Shown here one piece after another: positions 62,201 to 64,000 of a stretch of 64,000 nt of DNA; positions within the stretch are counted from its first letter, which is position 1, and each line of letters starts with the position of its first letter. Source of the stretch: Octopus sinensis (Eukaryota); contig NW_021834232.1 of NCBI RefSeq assembly GCF_006345805.1, positions 1 to 64,000 on the forward strand. Direction: 5' to 3'. Made by a program: the position numbers and the translations under genes. The notes beneath the pieces were generated by a model. That model saw nothing but the letters and a program-made list of their open reading frames with translations, was not told the origin of the DNA and ran no database searches.

Positions 62201-62891
62201 GTTTTATTAAAAACTTAGTTGGTAGGAACTTTAAGTTTTGTCCGTCGTGTAACGTCCAAATTGAACTAAATACATTGGTGTATACCATCAAGTCACATAT
62301 GTATCATGTTGAATGCCTCAAGTGTCGGTGTTGTAATAAAGAACTCAAAATTGGGGACTTCTTTTCCTATGCTGATAAATCCACACTTTACTGCATGGAC
62401 TATTATCACAAAAATATATGTTTGGTAATTGAGTTATTTTTAGTAAAAACTGAAAACACTGCGGAATCAGAGAGAAAATCAAAGTCTCCTAAATATTGTT
62501 CGGAAGCGAATGGGAGTCCTGAAAAGCCTGAATCCATTAGTGAAGAAGTTCAAACCAAGCTTGTAGCCAACAATAACCTTCAAAGATGCAAACAACGAGG
62601 ACGGAGGACATCAATTAAACCACACCAAATTGGGCTTCTTACAGAATTGTACGAAAATGAAAAAAAGCCATCACGTCATACATTGGAAGAAATGACCAAA
62701 TTGACTGGACTGCCAATTCGCGTCATCCAAGTCAGGATGGGGGTCTCTAGTGTTAGGTCTGGTTTCAAAACAGGAGGTCCAAGGAACGGAGCCACAACCC
62801 GAGCAACTCTAGCCTCTTGCCTTCCAATCCACCTGATCAGACATTCCAGTACCCTCCCAATATGCATTTCTACAGAAATCTTAATTTTTAA
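62201..62891 (+). pseudogene. LHX1/5: Second Lhx1/5 copy lacking exon 1 (LIM1), with a 213-bp in-frame deletion and a read-through stop
   Basis: Starts at the GT of intron 1; LIM2 and homeodomain intact; 9348-9560 equivalent deleted; TAG replaced by CAG. Confidence 0.85.
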
Positions 62892-63759
62892 CATTCTGCT
62901 AGTCTAATAAATATAGTTGTTTAAAATGTTCAGATTGCACTTTTTCTAAGGTTTAGTTTTAGAGTTGTCGACCGAAATGGTTCTCATTTCTCTCCTACTT
63001 TTCTAAACATCCAAACAGTGATTTCAGGATACGCTTCTTCCAGGAGATCCAAAATACAAAATAATTTTCTTTCCAGAAGTTTTTTTTAGAGATTAAGGCA
63101 GGATCTGCTAACGAATTCCAAGAGATTTTATTTGATTTCCTCCGTGGTAATAACATAAGTTGCTTCCTCAACAATTATTTTATTGACTGTTTAATTAAGT
63201 ACATAGACAAGTCTGAAATCATAAGTGACACTCAAAAACTCATCAAAACGACTAATCTCGGCGTCTGGGGCTAACCCCCAAAATCTGGAAACTTGATGAA
63301 TTTTTTGTATTAAAAACTAGAAATTGACAAGAAATAAAGTTATCTTTTGATAAAAAAGAAATTTAATTTAACTAAAATTAGACACGTTTATTAATTTCTC
63401 TCTTGTTACTTTGATGTTTGCACACTTTTTATAGCTAGATAAAAATATATGTTATACCTTCCGCAATGGAAGATCCCAATTGGCTTAAAAGGGACTTTCT
63501 AGTCATTAATTAATTTTCTACAGTAGCTATCATTAAATCTATTTCAGGATAAGAGTCTCTTATTTTCTCACAAAAATTGACATAATGGCACATGTGACAT
63601 AACTTGGGGTAAATATTTTCGAGTATTCTCCAAGCTAAAATATAAACCCGAACAGTTTCCGCACCTTCGCCTGCGGCACTCTCGCCTATTCCACCCAAAA
63701 GTTGGTCCTGGGACGATCATATGATGGATTCAAGTTGGGAGTGCTCCTTTACCATATGA

Positions 63760-63877
63760 TGTACGAAAGTGAAAGAAAGCCATCGCGTCATACATTGGAA
63801 GAAATGACCAAATTGACTGGACTACCAATTCGCGTCATCCAAGTCAGGATGGGGGTCTCTAGTGTTAGGTCTGGTTT
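63760..63877 (+). other. 118-bp Lhx homeobox fragment (intron included) inserted into unrelated sequence
   Basis: TGTACGAAAGTG...GTCTGGTTT sits between CCATATGAT and AGTGGA, which are contiguous in the paralog at 11121-11136. Confidence 0.9.
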
Positions 63878-64000
63878 AGTGGAATCTTCATCTTCCCCGA
63901 GGAAACTGCAATTGTCACTGCGGCCACCTTACACATTCACTTTGATATCACTGACACGTGCAAACAAGTTCACTTCGCACTCCTCCAACGCGATACCCAC

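Larger units (their letters stand above)
62201..64000 (+). repeat. Rearranged paralog of 8714-11250
   Basis: 62900-63310 matches 9620-10030; 63455-63490 matches 10812-10850; 63650-64000 matches 11010-11250; the RPSA segment is absent. Confidence 0.88.

Noticed and set aside
61842-62907. ORFs 61842-62291 and 62113-62907 as genuine Lhx-CRE fusion proteins
   Set aside because: Each reads one partner antisense and runs through introns; products of the junction with no evidence of function.
1-64000. tRNA, rRNA, snRNA genes or a prokaryotic/operon origin
   Set aside because: No T-loop/cloverleaf, rRNA or U-snRNA signature found by eye. Spliceosomal introns and a LIM-homeobox gene show animal origin. 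A tRNAscan/Infernal run is still advisable.

Overview
This is AT-rich eukaryotic DNA from an animal (a LIM-homeobox gene is present), in the standard genetic code, with mostly 23-29 nt GT-AG introns. A compact-genome parasite is likely: a myxozoan cnidarian is my best guess, with dicyemid or orthonectid as alternatives (inference only). Four host genes can be reconstructed by hand-splicing: Lhx1/5-type LIM-homeobox (8535-9575), NADH-cytochrome b5 reductase (32424-33418), SAC3/GANP (about 43396-46638) and CNOT10 (about 50940-53068). There is also an intron-retaining RPSA pseudogene and a rearranged second Lhx locus (62201-64000). The rest is mostly a mosaic of transposon pieces: at least 11 distinct CRE-clade (RT plus restriction-like endonuclease, RLE) retrotransposon families, a near-intact I/Jockey-group LINE, RTE and R4/Dong-like remnants, an Ingi-like remnant with a degenerate 2A motif, several hATs with 8-bp TSDs (one with three micro-introns in its transposase), Tc1-like remnants and a Ginger-like integrase transposon. 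A 3.85-kb block (1-3850) is duplicated at 18788-22649. No rRNA, tRNA or CRISPR was seen. Fragment boundaries are read by eye and are approximate (tens of bp) unless TSD, TIR or intron coordinates are given. I found no single clear-cut new system. The best leads are the CRE expansion without site specificity, the micro-intron transposase, the 2A motif and repeated templated-repair signatures.
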